A DNA stretch of 64,000 nt from a virus. The DNA is taken from IMG/VR virus record IMGVR_UViG_3300047552_000145, positions 1 through 64,000 of that record. The stretch is one strand, 5' to 3'. Of this stretch, positions 25,261-36,360 are shown piece after piece (within the stretch, counting starts at the first letter, position 1; every line of letters starts with the position of its first letter). Below the pieces are notes generated by a model that saw only the letters and a list, made by a program, of their open reading frames with translations, made no database searches and was not told the origin of the DNA. A program made the position numbers and the translations under genes.

Positions 25261-26070
25261 ATGTACTTCAAAGGCTTCCCTCAATTTCTATATGATTTTA
25301 ATTATGGTGATAGAGTTAAGACAAGTATTGTAAAAGATATTACACGTAACGTTCGCCTAAGAAAAGAAATCTTATCAAACGTTACATTGTTTGATGAGTA
25401 TGATATCATCGACGGTGAAACCCCAGAAATGATTTCTGAAAAGTTCTATGGAACACCAGAGTATCATTGGGTTGTTATGTTGTGTAACGATAAGTATGAT
25501 TATCGCGCTGACTTCCCTTTACCAGAAGCTGTTCTTGAAAAGCACATCGCTTCTGTTTATAATCCAACTCTATATTCTTCTGATTGGTATTGGGATACTG
25601 ATGAGAATGGACAAGTTATTTTTCATATTAGAATTACAAGCATAGAGGTTCCATTTGATGCTGCGTATTTGACAGCTCCAGTTAAGATCAATATCAGAGA
25701 TGATGATAGTTCGTTTATCATTGACATCAATTTCCCAGTAGACCCAATTGGTCTAGATGTCGCTACACAATACTTCTATTTTCCAGTTCCAAGCCATAAT
25801 GATGCATGGTTGGTTGCACATGGTAAAGAAGGATCCACTGCTGATTCTGGTGTAGGTAATGTTGAACTAACTATCAACACTGAGGGAAGAGAATACAACC
25901 CAGTGTATTATGTAAATAATAAAGGTTTTACAATTAACCCAACTGAAGGCGCTATTGCTGTTACAGGTGATGTACAGCATAGATTTGAGAATGATCAGAA
26001 GAGAAGAATTAAACTAATTGCACCTAGTTTATTAGAAACACTTCTTAGAAACTATCAAGATGAGCTATAA
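25261..26070 (+). CDS. gp53: baseplate wedge gp53 (with internal insertion)
   Basis: MYF..FP, Y.I.DGETPE..S.K.YG...YHWV, N..KR.IKL. Confidence 0.85.
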   Translation: MYFKGFPQFLYDFNYGDRVKTSIVKDITRNVRLRKEILSNVTLFDEYDIIDGETPEMISEKFYGTPEYHWVVMLCNDKYDYRADFPLPEAVLEKHIASVYNPTLYSSDWYWDTDENGQVIFHIRITSIEVPFDAAYLTAPVKINIRDDDSSFIIDINFPVDPIGLDVATQYFYFPVPSHNDAWLVAHGKEGSTADSGVGNVELTINTEGREYNPVYYVNNKGFTINPTEGAIAVTGDVQHRFENDQKRRIKLIAPSLLETLLRNYQDEL

Positions 26071-27350
26071 TGCCTGAAATTATCAATCCCGCTAATACAT
26101 TAAGATATGCTGGCGATGTTAACATCGAGAAGGTTGAAATCATCACACCCAAAGGTATCTACCAAAACGTTAGAAACCAGATTATTCAATTAAGAATCTA
26201 CGAGGATATCTTTTCTCCATTTATAACTGGATCAGTAGTATTAAAAGAATCGTTTGACTTACAATCACTGCTACCATTGATTGGTGAAGAGTTTATCGAA
26301 ATCAAAGTTTCAACTCCGACATTAGACAAACCGATCAGCGGATTGTTTCATATTTACAAGATGAACGACAAAGTGAACCTTGGCGATAGAGCCGTTGGTT
26401 ATGAGTTAAGTTTTATCTCAGCTGAATCTCTTGTTGATTCCAACAAGAAGGTTAGCAAGGTTTTTTCTGGTAAGATCTCAGACATTGTTAGAGCTTTCGT
26501 GGTTGATAAGATTGACGGTATGGAGAGCACTAAGAAGTTCAATGTTGAGAATACCCGTAACACTATTAAGTATGTTTCTCCTTACTGGAGTCCAGTTCAG
26601 AACTTAACATTCTTATCTGAAAACTCAATCTCTGAGAACCAATCCCCATCTTTCTTGTTCTACGAGAACAGAGATGGATTCAACTTTAGATCTCTGGAGA
26701 GTCTTTACAAATCAAAGTCATTCCAACAATTTATTATGGATAAGTATTCTCGTGATAACTTCCCTCAAGGTGGTAACGCACTGAACATCTTGGAAGATTA
26801 TAAACGTGTTGGTGAAATTGACTTCATTGAGTCGTACGACTACATGGATCGATTATCTGGTGGTATGTATAACTCTAAACTGATATCATACGACTCAACT
26901 AAGAAAACTTACACTGTTAAGAACTTCGATATTAAAACTAAGTTTCCTAGACAGACTCACTTAAACCCATACCCACTTTTCTCTGATAAAGTTGTTGGTA
27001 GAAGTAACGCTAAACAGATTCTTTTCCCAAGAGCGTTTGAAACTTTTACTTCTTTTGGTGATACAACTAACGCACGTGTTCTTCAAGAACGTATTTCTTT
27101 CTTGAAGATGGCAGAGGCTCAAAAGATTAATATCACTGTGGCTGGTCGTTGTGATTATACAGTCGGGCAGGTTGCCGAGTTAACGCTTTACAAGAAACAA
27201 CCAATGAGAAAAAGTGACAGGAACGAAGACTTGATTGATGATGTGAACAGCGGTAAATATCTAGTTTCTGCTATTAATCATCAAATATCAGTAGATGGAC
27301 ATACATGTTTTATTGAATTGATTAAAGATTCTATGAAGAAGAAAGTTTAA
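26070..27350 (+). CDS. baseplate hub protein (gp27-like position)
   Basis: IYED.F.PF.TG, LPLIGEE, F.FYEN.DGF.F.S.E.L, SGKYL...I.H; between gp53 and gp5. Confidence 0.65.
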   Translation: MPEIINPANTLRYAGDVNIEKVEIITPKGIYQNVRNQIIQLRIYEDIFSPFITGSVVLKESFDLQSLLPLIGEEFIEIKVSTPTLDKPISGLFHIYKMNDKVNLGDRAVGYELSFISAESLVDSNKKVSKVFSGKISDIVRAFVVDKIDGMESTKKFNVENTRNTIKYVSPYWSPVQNLTFLSENSISENQSPSFLFYENRDGFNFRSLESLYKSKSFQQFIMDKYSRDNFPQGGNALNILEDYKRVGEIDFIESYDYMDRLSGGMYNSKLISYDSTKKTYTVKNFDIKTKFPRQTHLNPYPLFSDKVVGRSNAKQILFPRAFETFTSFGDTTNARVLQERISFLKMAEAQKINITVAGRCDYTVGQVAELTLYKKQPMRKSDRNEDLIDDVNSGKYLVSAINHQISVDGHTCFIELIKDSMKKKV

Positions 27351-27352
27351 TA

Positions 27353-30300
27353 ATGGCGCAAAATATTTACTTCGGTGTTGTTGAAAACCGTGTTGACCCG
27401 CTAGAACTTGGTCGTTGCCAAGTTCGTGTTGTAGGTTTACACACTCACGATAAGAACTTACTACCAACATCAGACTTACCTTGGTGTGCTTCAATGCAAC
27501 CAACTACTTCTGCTGCTATGAACGGTATTGGCCATACACCACTTGGACCAGTTGAAGGAACTTCAGTTGTTGTTATGTATCTTGATGATTCGTTCCAACA
27601 AGGTATTATGTTGGGTGCAGTTGGCGGTATCGCTACCAACCCTGTTCCTATTGACTTTGATGACTCTGGACCAATCGCTGAAACTGATACTGCTAGTAAA
27701 GACATTATCCGTTTAAGAAGTATCCCTGGACCACAGAATGGGCAGATTATTAAATTGTATGACCCTGAGTATAACCGTCAGGATCTTACATCAAAGTTGT
27801 CCGCCAACATGCGTGTTAGTGGTTTTGGTATTGAGTATGGTTCAGTCATTGTTTCTATTGACAATGGAACTCAAATTACAATTTCTAAACCTGTTCGAGA
27901 TTATGTTGAGAACATTATTGAATTTGAACCACCATTGGCTTCCGTTCAAGCAGTTGTTGCGTCAAAGACTAACATTACGGGTTCAACGCTTGACCAAAAA
28001 TCAGAAGCAGTTAAAACAACTCCAGTAAACGGAGAGATCCCAACTCTTCCACCATTACCAGAATTTAAGAATACACAAACGAAGGCTTCTGAAGGTATCA
28101 AAGCACTTATCGCTGCGTGTGATAAAGTTGGTTTGGTTACCAAAGAACAGAAGTGTGCTTTACTTGGTATCGCTGGTGGTGAATCTGGTTGGATTCCACA
28201 AAAAGAATCATACAACTATTCAGACTCTAGATTGAAACAAATCTTCAGTTTCGCAACTGATGAAGATGTTGTCAAGTATGCTAATGCTTCTAAAAAGGGT
28301 GTAACTCGTGAGGAGTTTTTCTCTTGGTGTTATGGACCAACTAAGCGTGGTAAAGGTTTCTTTGGTCATACGAGCGATGAGATGGCTGGTAAATACTATG
28401 GTCGCGGTTTCATTCAATTGACTGGTTATTCAAACTACAAACGATACAACGACATGGCCAAAGCTGCTGGGTTGACTATTGACATCGTTAATGATCCAGA
28501 TTCTCTTGATACTGACATTAACGTTTCGGCTCTTATAGCTGCACTATACATCAAAGACAGAGTATCAAAGGGTGTTAATCCAAACTCACATCCAGACTAT
28601 TTCTATGCAGCTAAGAAAGCAGTTGGTGTAAACTCGCCAGATATTGCGGCTAGAAAACTTCGTTACTATGAATACTTCTATGGTAAAGAAGGTGGCGGTG
28701 GCGTTTCTAAGGATGCAGGTGCTGCTATCCCGCCAGTTGAAGATTCAACTGATTCAAAACCAGGACCATCTAAAAAGTCTATCGAGACTGGTTCTTTCGG
28801 TTTGGGTTTCCGTGACCCCAACAATAAGTATCCACTACAAGAATACATTGGTGAATCTGATGTGAACCGTTTAGCCCGTGGTGTTATTGAAGGCACTGTC
28901 GTTAAGTTAAAAGACGCTAACCGCAAGATGGGTATTCCAACAGCGAGCGGTGGCCAATGGGATCAACCTGCCGCTCCGTTTGGTGCTAAGTATCCTTTCA
29001 ACAAGGTATATGAAACAGAATCTGGTCACATCCAAGAATTTGATGATACTCCTGGTCAAGAACGTGTTAACACATATCACCGTGCAGGCACATTCACTGA
29101 AGTTGACGCTAACGGTACACAGGTAAACTATATCGTTGGTGATAACTTCATCCTAATGGAACAAAACGGTTGCATCCACGTTGCTGGTGAATGTAATATT
29201 ACCGTTGATGGACAAACTAATATTCTAGCTCGTTCTGATGCTAATATCAAGGTTGAACAAAACGCCACTGTTACGGTTGGTAACAATCTAGACCTTGGAG
29301 TTGCCAACGACTTGACTATGGCTGTCGGTGGCGACTTCTTAGCGAAGGTTGGTGGCACATTTAAACTAGACGCTGGCGATTTGGTTATGAAATCTCAGTC
29401 AGACTATACTGTTCAATCTGTTGGAGATTATTCAGCCAAGGGTGCTAAGGTTGCGATTGAATCTGAAGGCGATGCAGATTTCAATGTAGCTGGAACTTTC
29501 AATATGAACTACTCTGAAGGTAACTTCGGTGTTAGCGCAGGTAGTGCAGCAGATGTTGGTAACGTTGAGCTTGCTGCCCCTCCAGCTGGTTCTCCGCTGA
29601 ACTCTGTCATCGGGTATTCTATTGCTCCACCAAGAGAGTTTGAAGAGAAGGCTGTTGTTGAAACGCCAGACGATTGGGATACTCCAGAAGGTAGAGCTGC
29701 TGCTCAGAAACAAGCAACTTCTGAAGGTGTAGTCGGCGCAGTTGTTCTTCCTGTTGCAGATGAGGCAGCACCAACACCAACAGGCGGTTCCAACAAACCA
29801 GTGACAGTTGATAAGAACGACATTCAAAATACTCGCGACTTCACTAACGACTACCGTTTATCGAAGAACGTTGTTCTTGGTATGATGATTGCCGATAAGA
29901 AGCATATCTTAACACCTCAAATGTTACAGCCAGCTTCTGGCGGTCAAGAACGTCTATATACCGTGCAGGAAATTGTGGGTAACTTGGCTGAAACTGCTAA
30001 TAATATTTTGGAGCCAATTATTGATGTGTTACCAGGGGGTCGTTCTGGTTATGGCACTCAGTGGGTTATCTCGTCAGGATATCGTTTGAAGGGTGTGGTA
30101 AAGAATGAATCGCCAACATCAGACCACTGTAAGGGGCACTGTGTTGATATTGTGTTGAAGCTACCAGACAAGTACAACAAGACGTTCGAGATGATTCAGA
30201 AGATTGAACCATTGATTGTATATGATCAACTTATCTTGGAATATCGTTTCCCAGATTCAGTTTGGATTCATATGAGCTATCGTAAGGATAACAACCGTAA

Positions 30301-30406
30301 GATGGCGTTCACTATGGTCAATGATAAGACATACAAGCGTAACTCTAAAGGTCTACCAGCTGGATTCTTCTTGTTGAACACTATCCCACCGAAGGGTACA
30401 GTATAA
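27353..30406 (+). CDS. gp5: baseplate spike gp5 with GH19 lysozyme and C-terminal M15 peptidase
   Basis: OB-fold GVVENR.DPL.LGRC.VR; GH19 YYGRGFIQLTGYSNY; YPFNKV.ETESGH..EFDDTP; beta-helix repeats; SSGYR...SDH..G..VD...W.H. Confidence 0.9.
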   Translation: MAQNIYFGVVENRVDPLELGRCQVRVVGLHTHDKNLLPTSDLPWCASMQPTTSAAMNGIGHTPLGPVEGTSVVVMYLDDSFQQGIMLGAVGGIATNPVPIDFDDSGPIAETDTASKDIIRLRSIPGPQNGQIIKLYDPEYNRQDLTSKLSANMRVSGFGIEYGSVIVSIDNGTQITISKPVRDYVENIIEFEPPLASVQAVVASKTNITGSTLDQKSEAVKTTPVNGEIPTLPPLPEFKNTQTKASEGIKALIAACDKVGLVTKEQKCALLGIAGGESGWIPQKESYNYSDSRLKQIFSFATDEDVVKYANASKKGVTREEFFSWCYGPTKRGKGFFGHTSDEMAGKYYGRGFIQLTGYSNYKRYNDMAKAAGLTIDIVNDPDSLDTDINVSALIAALYIKDRVSKGVNPNSHPDYFYAAKKAVGVNSPDIAARKLRYYEYFYGKEGGGGVSKDAGAAIPPVEDSTDSKPGPSKKSIETGSFGLGFRDPNNKYPLQEYIGESDVNRLARGVIEGTVVKLKDANRKMGIPTASGGQWDQPAAPFGAKYPFNKVYETESGHIQEFDDTPGQERVNTYHRAGTFTEVDANGTQVNYIVGDNFILMEQNGCIHVAGECNITVDGQTNILARSDANIKVEQNATVTVGNNLDLGVANDLTMAVGGDFLAKVGGTFKLDAGDLVMKSQSDYTVQSVGDYSAKGAKVAIESEGDADFNVAGTFNMNYSEGNFGVSAGSAADVGNVELAAPPAGSPLNSVIGYSIAPPREFEEKAVVETPDDWDTPEGRAAAQKQATSEGVVGAVVLPVADEAAPTPTGGSNKPVTVDKNDIQNTRDFTNDYRLSKNVVLGMMIADKKHILTPQMLQPASGGQERLYTVQEIVGNLAETANNILEPIIDVLPGGRSGYGTQWVISSGYRLKGVVKNESPTSDHCKGHCVDIVLKLPDKYNKTFEMIQKIEPLIVYDQLILEYRFPDSVWIHMSYRKDNNRKMAFTMVNDKTYKRNSKGLPAGFFLLNTIPPKGTV

Positions 30407-30954
30407 TGGCTGCTGTTTGGAATATTGAAGAACTTCCAAACATAGACGAGTACGTTGCGTTCAGCCATTCGTTCACGTACTCGGACGACGAGTTTCCATC
30501 TCAAACATACACTGTTGTTTTGACTCCGTTGGAGACTAACCCAGAGACAGTCTTTATTAGTGGTAACAACGTTTCTGGTTATTATTCGGATGTATTCAAT
30601 ATGTTCGTTAAGTATAAAACAAAGGCTGTACCTAACGAGTATATTGAAGTGAACAACTTTAGAAAAATTGTGGTTGAAAAGCTGGAGCAAATTATTGAGT
30701 ATAGCCCAGACTTAACGCCAAACAAGACTTACACCTATACTGCGAATGTTTACAGTGAAGGTGATCTAGTCGACACAAGAGTCTTTACAAAAATCGTTAA
30801 TAATAATTGGGATTTGAATAAAGAGCTTTTACTTCGTTACATATCAAACACAACTATCGCTGACGAAACACTTTACAAACAATGGATAAATAGTATTAAT
30901 GCTGCTCCAGTTAGATGGAAGAACACGTCTAACGTTGTAATTAATTGGATATAA
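30406..30954 (+). CDS. hypothetical virion protein
   Basis: Coupled ORF in the baseplate operon. Confidence 0.7.
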   Translation: MAAVWNIEELPNIDEYVAFSHSFTYSDDEFPSQTYTVVLTPLETNPETVFISGNNVSGYYSDVFNMFVKYKTKAVPNEYIEVNNFRKIVVEKLEQIIEYSPDLTPNKTYTYTANVYSEGDLVDTRVFTKIVNNNWDLNKELLLRYISNTTIADETLYKQWINSINAAPVRWKNTSNVVINWI

Positions 30955-30955
30955 A

Positions 30956-31666
30956 ATGCAAATCCCAAATACGTTTAAACTAAGAACTGGTGCCATTCAA
31001 TTGGCAGACTTAGATGCAAACTTCGATATTATCCAAGTTACAGTAAACACGCAAGCTGAGACTATCCTTAAAGTCCAGACAGATATTTCTAACATCCAAA
31101 CTTCTATTGCGAATTATTCAGCAATTCCTATTGGGTGTATTGTTATGTGGGGTGGTTCTGTATCAAACATACCTTCTGGGTGGAGATTGTGTGATGGTAC
31201 AAACAACACACCAGATTTAAGAGACAGGTTTGTTATTGGTGCTAGATCAGATTCTTCTGGACCAGCTACAACTTTCGTCACTGGCGCTGATACAAAGACT
31301 GGTGGTAATAAAGATTCTGTTGTAGTAAACCACGGACACACTGCCACATCATACGCTACATCTTCTGGCTCATTGACTTCTGATACAGACGCTTGGTCAG
31401 CTACATTTTATGCCAATGATTCTGGTTTGTATGCGGCTGGCGGCTCAGTTTCTAACGCTGGATATAATGGGCAGACTTTTGAAGATAACTTCAGCTCATC
31501 GACTAACAATGAAAACAGGGGCGTGACTATATCTCGTTCAAGAAGTCACTCTCACACCCCAACGATTACAACGACAGTTACAACAACTATCACAGATTCT
31601 GGACAGTCTGGTACTAACAGAAACCTACCACCATACTACGCACTGGCGTATATTATGAAGGTATAA
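30956..31666 (+). CDS. tail collar-domain (short fibre-like) protein
   Basis: PIGCIVMWGG...IPSGW.LCDG..TPDLRDRFV.GA; NLPPYYALAYIMK. Confidence 0.85.
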   Translation: MQIPNTFKLRTGAIQLADLDANFDIIQVTVNTQAETILKVQTDISNIQTSIANYSAIPIGCIVMWGGSVSNIPSGWRLCDGTNNTPDLRDRFVIGARSDSSGPATTFVTGADTKTGGNKDSVVVNHGHTATSYATSSGSLTSDTDAWSATFYANDSGLYAAGGSVSNAGYNGQTFEDNFSSSTNNENRGVTISRSRSHSHTPTITTTVTTTITDSGQSGTNRNLPPYYALAYIMKV

Positions 31667-31667
31667 C

Positions 31668-31970
31668 ATGTCAGGAGTTTCAGTTATCGGGGACACTACA
31701 ACAGGGCACGAAGGATACCCACCAACTAAAATGGTATCTTCTCCAGTATCTAAGACCAAGTTTAATGGTAAGAAACCAGGAGTTGTTGACGAGGCTTGTC
31801 AATTCTTACCGCACTCTAAAGGTGTTTCAGTACACCCGCAAGATATAAGATACCCAGTTGAGGGGTCTAAAAAGACAAAGATTGAGGGTTACTATCTTGC
31901 AAGAATCGGGGATAAGTTAGCAGACGGAGACGTTATTGCTAAAGGATCTGACAACACTTTTATAGAATAA
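31668..31970 (+). CDS. PAAR-like spike tip gp5.4
   Basis: GD.TTGH..YPP, H...H, GS..T.I.G..LARIGD, GS.NTF. Confidence 0.8.
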   Translation: MSGVSVIGDTTTGHEGYPPTKMVSSPVSKTKFNGKKPGVVDEACQFLPHSKGVSVHPQDIRYPVEGSKKTKIEGYYLARIGDKLADGDVIAKGSDNTFIE

Positions 31971-31985
31971 GAATAAATAATATCT

Positions 31986-32378
31986 ATGGCAAGAAATACA
32001 AGAACGTTCTCTGATTTAGACTTTAACTTCTCCCCTCACCCAGTGACGGGGGATTTAGTACAACGATACGACGAAAACGCTATCAAGCAATCCGTCAAAA
32101 ATCTTCTTCAAATCCGCCACTATGAGAAACCATTCCATAGTGAAATTGGTAGCCCATTAAGAGAGCTACTATTTGAGAACATCACACCACTTACTGAGAA
32201 GATGGCACGTAGAGCCATCATCGACGTCATTTCTAACTTTGAACCAAGAGTTAACTTGATCGACGTCAACGTTATTGCTTCTGACGAAAATAACTCACTA
32301 TACATCAATGTGGTTTTTAAAATTGTTAACACGGAACGACCAATAACTCTTGACTTCGTATTAGAGAGAACACGATAA
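31986..32378 (+). CDS. gp25: baseplate wedge gp25
   Basis: FSDLD..F..HP.T.D, AIKQSV.NL, E.PF...IGS, FEPRV; AATAAATA at 31972. Confidence 0.92.
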   Translation: MARNTRTFSDLDFNFSPHPVTGDLVQRYDENAIKQSVKNLLQIRHYEKPFHSEIGSPLRELLFENITPLTEKMARRAIIDVISNFEPRVNLIDVNVIASDENNSLYINVVFKIVNTERPITLDFVLERTR

Positions 32379-34216
32379 TGGCACAATCATCAAAAAGAAT
32401 TAAAGTTAATGCATTAGATTTTGACGAAATTAAGAGCAATCTTAAAACGTTTCTTTCTTCTCAAGAGAAATTCCAAGACTACGATTTTGAAGGGTCTTCT
32501 TTCAACATCCTGTTGGACTTACTAGCATATAATACTCACTACAACAACCTATACACTAACTTAGCTGTCAACGAGATGTTCCTTGACTCTGCTTCAAAGC
32601 GTGCGTCTGTTGTTTCTATCGCGAAGACCCTTGGATATATCCCAAGCTCTGCAGTTTGCGCAAAAGCATATGTAAACGCCACAATTACTGCGCCAACATA
32701 TTTCCAGAGCGTTATTACTCTTCCAGCGAACCAGCCGTTCTTAACTTCTATCGACGGTGTATCATATACATTCTATAACACATCTGACGTTACTACTGTT
32801 GCCGTTGGTGGTACTTATACGTTTAACGATATTGAATTGATTGAGGGCATTCCTCTAACATACAGCTACACTATTCGTCAAGGTCAGAAATACATTATCC
32901 CCAATCAGAACGTTGATCTTTCAACTTTGATTGTTAAAGTTCGTGAAACAGCTGATGATGATACATTTATTGTTTACACTCCAGCCTCTGCTGTTACTAG
33001 CATGGACTCGAATTCTAAGTCATACTTTATTAAAGAGTTGGATGACGGCGTGTATGAAGTTTACTTCGGTGATGGTGTTGTTGGTTACAAACCGATTGAT
33101 GGTAACTACCTGACATTTGAGTATTACGTTTCATCATTAGAAGGACCAAACGGTGCTAACCAGTTCTCTTATGCTGGTACTGCTCTTTTAGGTTCTGGTC
33201 TTACAGTCGTTGCTTCTACGTCAGCGGTTGGTGGTGCATCTCCAGAAGACGTTGAGGCTATCAAATATAACGCACCACGTATGTTCGCCGCACAGAACCG
33301 TGCAGTTACAACTGAAGATTATAAGACGCTAATCATCAGAAACTTTCCTGCAGCATCTTCTGTTGTTGTTTGGGGTGGAGAAGATAACGACCCTCCAATC
33401 TATGGTAAGACTTTCATCTGCGTTAAACCAAAAGATACTAACAAGCTAACTGATACTGAAAAAGATTACATCAAGAATCAGATCATCGCTCCGAAGTCTG
33501 TTGTATCTATTACACCTGAGTTTATTGACCCAGAATACTTCAACGTTCAGATTGACGTTACTGCGTACTATAACGCAAAGGTTTCTGATAAGACTCCAGC
33601 TCAGTTAGAAACCCTAATTCGTGAAGCAATCTATGAATATGATGACACAAACTTGAAGCAATTCGACGGTGTTCTACGTTATTCTCAACTCGTTCGTTTA
33701 GTTGACGAGGTTGACCAAGCTATTGTAAACAACACAACTAAGATTCTAGTTCGTCGTGAGTTTACTCCACGATATAACCTATCAGCCGAATACAAGTTGA
33801 ATATGATCAACCCGATCTTCAACTCTACTATTCCTGCAGAATCTGTTATTTCTACTGGCTTCTATATTCCAAACACTGCCAACGTTCACTATATTGACGA
33901 TGATGGTCAAGGTAACTTGCGTCTGTTCTACTATGACGCTCAACAGAACAAATACATCGTTAATCCTAAGATCGGCGAAGTTGATTACCCAAACGGCACT
34001 CTAATCGTTCGTAACTTGACTATCACTTCTATGGCTGATGCAACGTTCGAGTTTATCTTGAAGCCAGAATCTTATGACGTTGTTACAGCTTACAATCAGA
34101 TCGTACAGGTTGCTCGTAACTATTTGAACGTTAAGGTTATCAACGATATGACTGCTGCTGGTTCTAACCAAGCTGGTAAGAACTATGTCTTCACTTCTAT
34201 TAGAAACCTAAAGTAA
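32378..34216 (+). CDS. gp6: baseplate wedge gp6
   Basis: LDFD.IK.NLK, DYDFEGS, LAYNTHY, E.FLDSA..R.SVVS, FGDG, QNRAVT..DY, WGGE.N.PP.YGK. Confidence 0.95.
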   Translation: MAQSSKRIKVNALDFDEIKSNLKTFLSSQEKFQDYDFEGSSFNILLDLLAYNTHYNNLYTNLAVNEMFLDSASKRASVVSIAKTLGYIPSSAVCAKAYVNATITAPTYFQSVITLPANQPFLTSIDGVSYTFYNTSDVTTVAVGGTYTFNDIELIEGIPLTYSYTIRQGQKYIIPNQNVDLSTLIVKVRETADDDTFIVYTPASAVTSMDSNSKSYFIKELDDGVYEVYFGDGVVGYKPIDGNYLTFEYYVSSLEGPNGANQFSYAGTALLGSGLTVVASTSAVGGASPEDVEAIKYNAPRMFAAQNRAVTTEDYKTLIIRNFPAASSVVVWGGEDNDPPIYGKTFICVKPKDTNKLTDTEKDYIKNQIIAPKSVVSITPEFIDPEYFNVQIDVTAYYNAKVSDKTPAQLETLIREAIYEYDDTNLKQFDGVLRYSQLVRLVDEVDQAIVNNTTKILVRREFTPRYNLSAEYKLNMINPIFNSTIPAESVISTGFYIPNTANVHYIDDDGQGNLRLFYYDAQQNKYIVNPKIGEVDYPNGTLIVRNLTITSMADATFEFILKPESYDVVTAYNQIVQVARNYLNVKVINDMTAAGSNQAGKNYVFTSIRNLK

Positions 34217-34217
34217 T

Positions 34218-36350
34218 ATGGCTGAAAACAACGACCTTAGAGTTGGGCTGAAGAATTTAGCAGCCCAACAATTACCAGAGTTCGTAAGGGCAGAATATCC
34301 AACATTCGTTGCTTTCGTTGAAGCATATTATGAATTCTTGGATAATCAAGGTGTTGACCTTAAAGAAATAAGGGATATTGATAGTACTCTAGACGAGTAC
34401 ATCAAATATTTCAAAGCCGAACTTGCTCACAACTATCCAGTAGTTTCAACCGAGACAAACAGCGAACGCTTCTTGTTAAAGCACATTAAAGAACAGTATC
34501 TTGCGAAAGGTTCTGAGTCTTCATATAAACTTCTATTCCGTTTGTTATATGGTAAAGACGTTTTCATTGACTATCCTGGTCGTCAGATGCTTAGAGTTTC
34601 TGATGGTCGTTGGACACAAGACGTTTCTATTTTCGTTCAAGTCGGTCAAGGTGATCCAAACGAACTAGTTGGTAAGACAATCAGCATTCAAACTGGTAAG
34701 AAAATTTACAACACTGCAGTCGTTTCTGGCGTTGATGCATCTTCAGGTGTGACAGCCAGCGTACAAAAAGCCGTGGTTGTTGACGAGAGCCTTAATATAT
34801 GGGAACTGTTCCTTGATAGAAACTTCTATGGTGAGATTTCTCCAAATAATACTGTTAAGTATGGTTCATCTTTCCAAGCAACTATCTTACCAAACACAGC
34901 TAAAATTAAGATCGTAGATGCTGGTAGAAATTTCAGACCAGGTATGGTTTTCCAGTTAAACACTGGCGAAGGTACACCATTCTGGTTTAAAGTAGCCACT
35001 GTAACAGACGTTGGTGGGTTGAAAACTATTGATGTTATCAAGTTTGGTTTATTCTATAACACCAGCTTCTCAGTTACAGTTCTACCAACATCAGCAGTAT
35101 CTACAAAGACTAGAAAATTATCTCAAATATCAGACTTAACATATACCGTTACAAGTAACGGTAAGATTGTCTTTTATGAATTGTTGAATCCTGGTCAAAA
35201 CTATGTGTATCCACCTCTAGTTGAAATTACAGGTGATGGCACTGGAGCTGCCGCTCACGCCGTGATCGTCGATGGTAAAATTACAGAGATCGTGGTTGAT
35301 AGTTTTGGTGAAGGGTATTCTGCAGTATATGCACAAATCACTAATGCCCCAGGAGATATTACTGGCACTGGTGGATCTGTTAAACCAGTTATTGGTTCAG
35401 ACTACAATTACAGATTCAATGATAAAACTGACGGTTTTACTGAATCTGGTTATGTTAACTATGGCGATTATTGGTCACATGAGTTTTCAGACGGTACATA
35501 CGTTGGTACTATTGCTCGTCAGTTCTTTATTAACGCTGCTGACACATTGGGTGATAACCCAGCTGTTCTGAACGTGAGTTTAGATGCTGTTTCTAAGTAT
35601 CCAGGATATTACAGAACAAACGACGGCTTCTTGGATGATTCTATGATGATCCAAGACTCGTACTACTTCCAAGCGTTTGCTTATGTATTGAAGATCGACG
35701 AGCAACTAGAAAAGTATGCTTCTGTTGTCCGTTCTATGCTACACCCTTCTGGTATGGCTATGTTCGGCGAATACTCAATCAACAACAAGATTGCTCTTTC
35801 TGTTGGTCTTACATCTCTTGTCAAATCTCTTGGTGTTACTTTATATGATTCTGTATTGGCTGATGACAGTTATGAGTTAGACTCCAATGGAAACGTTATC
35901 CGAGGGACTGTATTTAAAGCATACAAGTATTTGGAAACAGAATACACTAATGCGTTTACAGACTCTACAAAGTATCTATTTACTAAGAAGTTAGAAGACT
36001 CGTACACAACATCAGAAGTATTCACTAAGGTCTTTACTAAAGGTATCGGTCTAACAGGTCAAGCTGAGACTGTATTTATGACAGAACTTGTGAATAAATA
36101 TTTTGGTAAGACTGTAGAGGATACAACTAGCTTAGTTGAAATATTCGCCAAGTTATTGACGACAAAATCATTCACGGATTTTGCTCCTATTGGCGATACT
36201 CACGCATTAACATTCACCCTAAATACCATTAATGATCCAACATCTGGTGTATATGGAGAAGATGGGTTTATTACATTAGAACCCTATGACACAGGCTCTT
36301 ACCAATTAGAGCACTACGCCAACGAACGACCATCAACTTTCTCATCTTAA
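34218..36350 (+). CDS. gp7: baseplate wedge gp7-like
   Basis: QLPEFVR.EYP.FV.F..AYYE, KGSE.SY..LFR.LY, IQDSYYFQ.F.YV, HPSG...FG. Confidence 0.8.
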   Translation: MAENNDLRVGLKNLAAQQLPEFVRAEYPTFVAFVEAYYEFLDNQGVDLKEIRDIDSTLDEYIKYFKAELAHNYPVVSTETNSERFLLKHIKEQYLAKGSESSYKLLFRLLYGKDVFIDYPGRQMLRVSDGRWTQDVSIFVQVGQGDPNELVGKTISIQTGKKIYNTAVVSGVDASSGVTASVQKAVVVDESLNIWELFLDRNFYGEISPNNTVKYGSSFQATILPNTAKIKIVDAGRNFRPGMVFQLNTGEGTPFWFKVATVTDVGGLKTIDVIKFGLFYNTSFSVTVLPTSAVSTKTRKLSQISDLTYTVTSNGKIVFYELLNPGQNYVYPPLVEITGDGTGAAAHAVIVDGKITEIVVDSFGEGYSAVYAQITNAPGDITGTGGSVKPVIGSDYNYRFNDKTDGFTESGYVNYGDYWSHEFSDGTYVGTIARQFFINAADTLGDNPAVLNVSLDAVSKYPGYYRTNDGFLDDSMMIQDSYYFQAFAYVLKIDEQLEKYASVVRSMLHPSGMAMFGEYSINNKIALSVGLTSLVKSLGVTLYDSVLADDSYELDSNGNVIRGTVFKAYKYLETEYTNAFTDSTKYLFTKKLEDSYTTSEVFTKVFTKGIGLTGQAETVFMTELVNKYFGKTVEDTTSLVEIFAKLLTTKSFTDFAPIGDTHALTFTLNTINDPTSGVYGEDGFITLEPYDTGSYQLEHYANERPSTFSS

Positions 36351-36360
36351 AGGAGACTCT

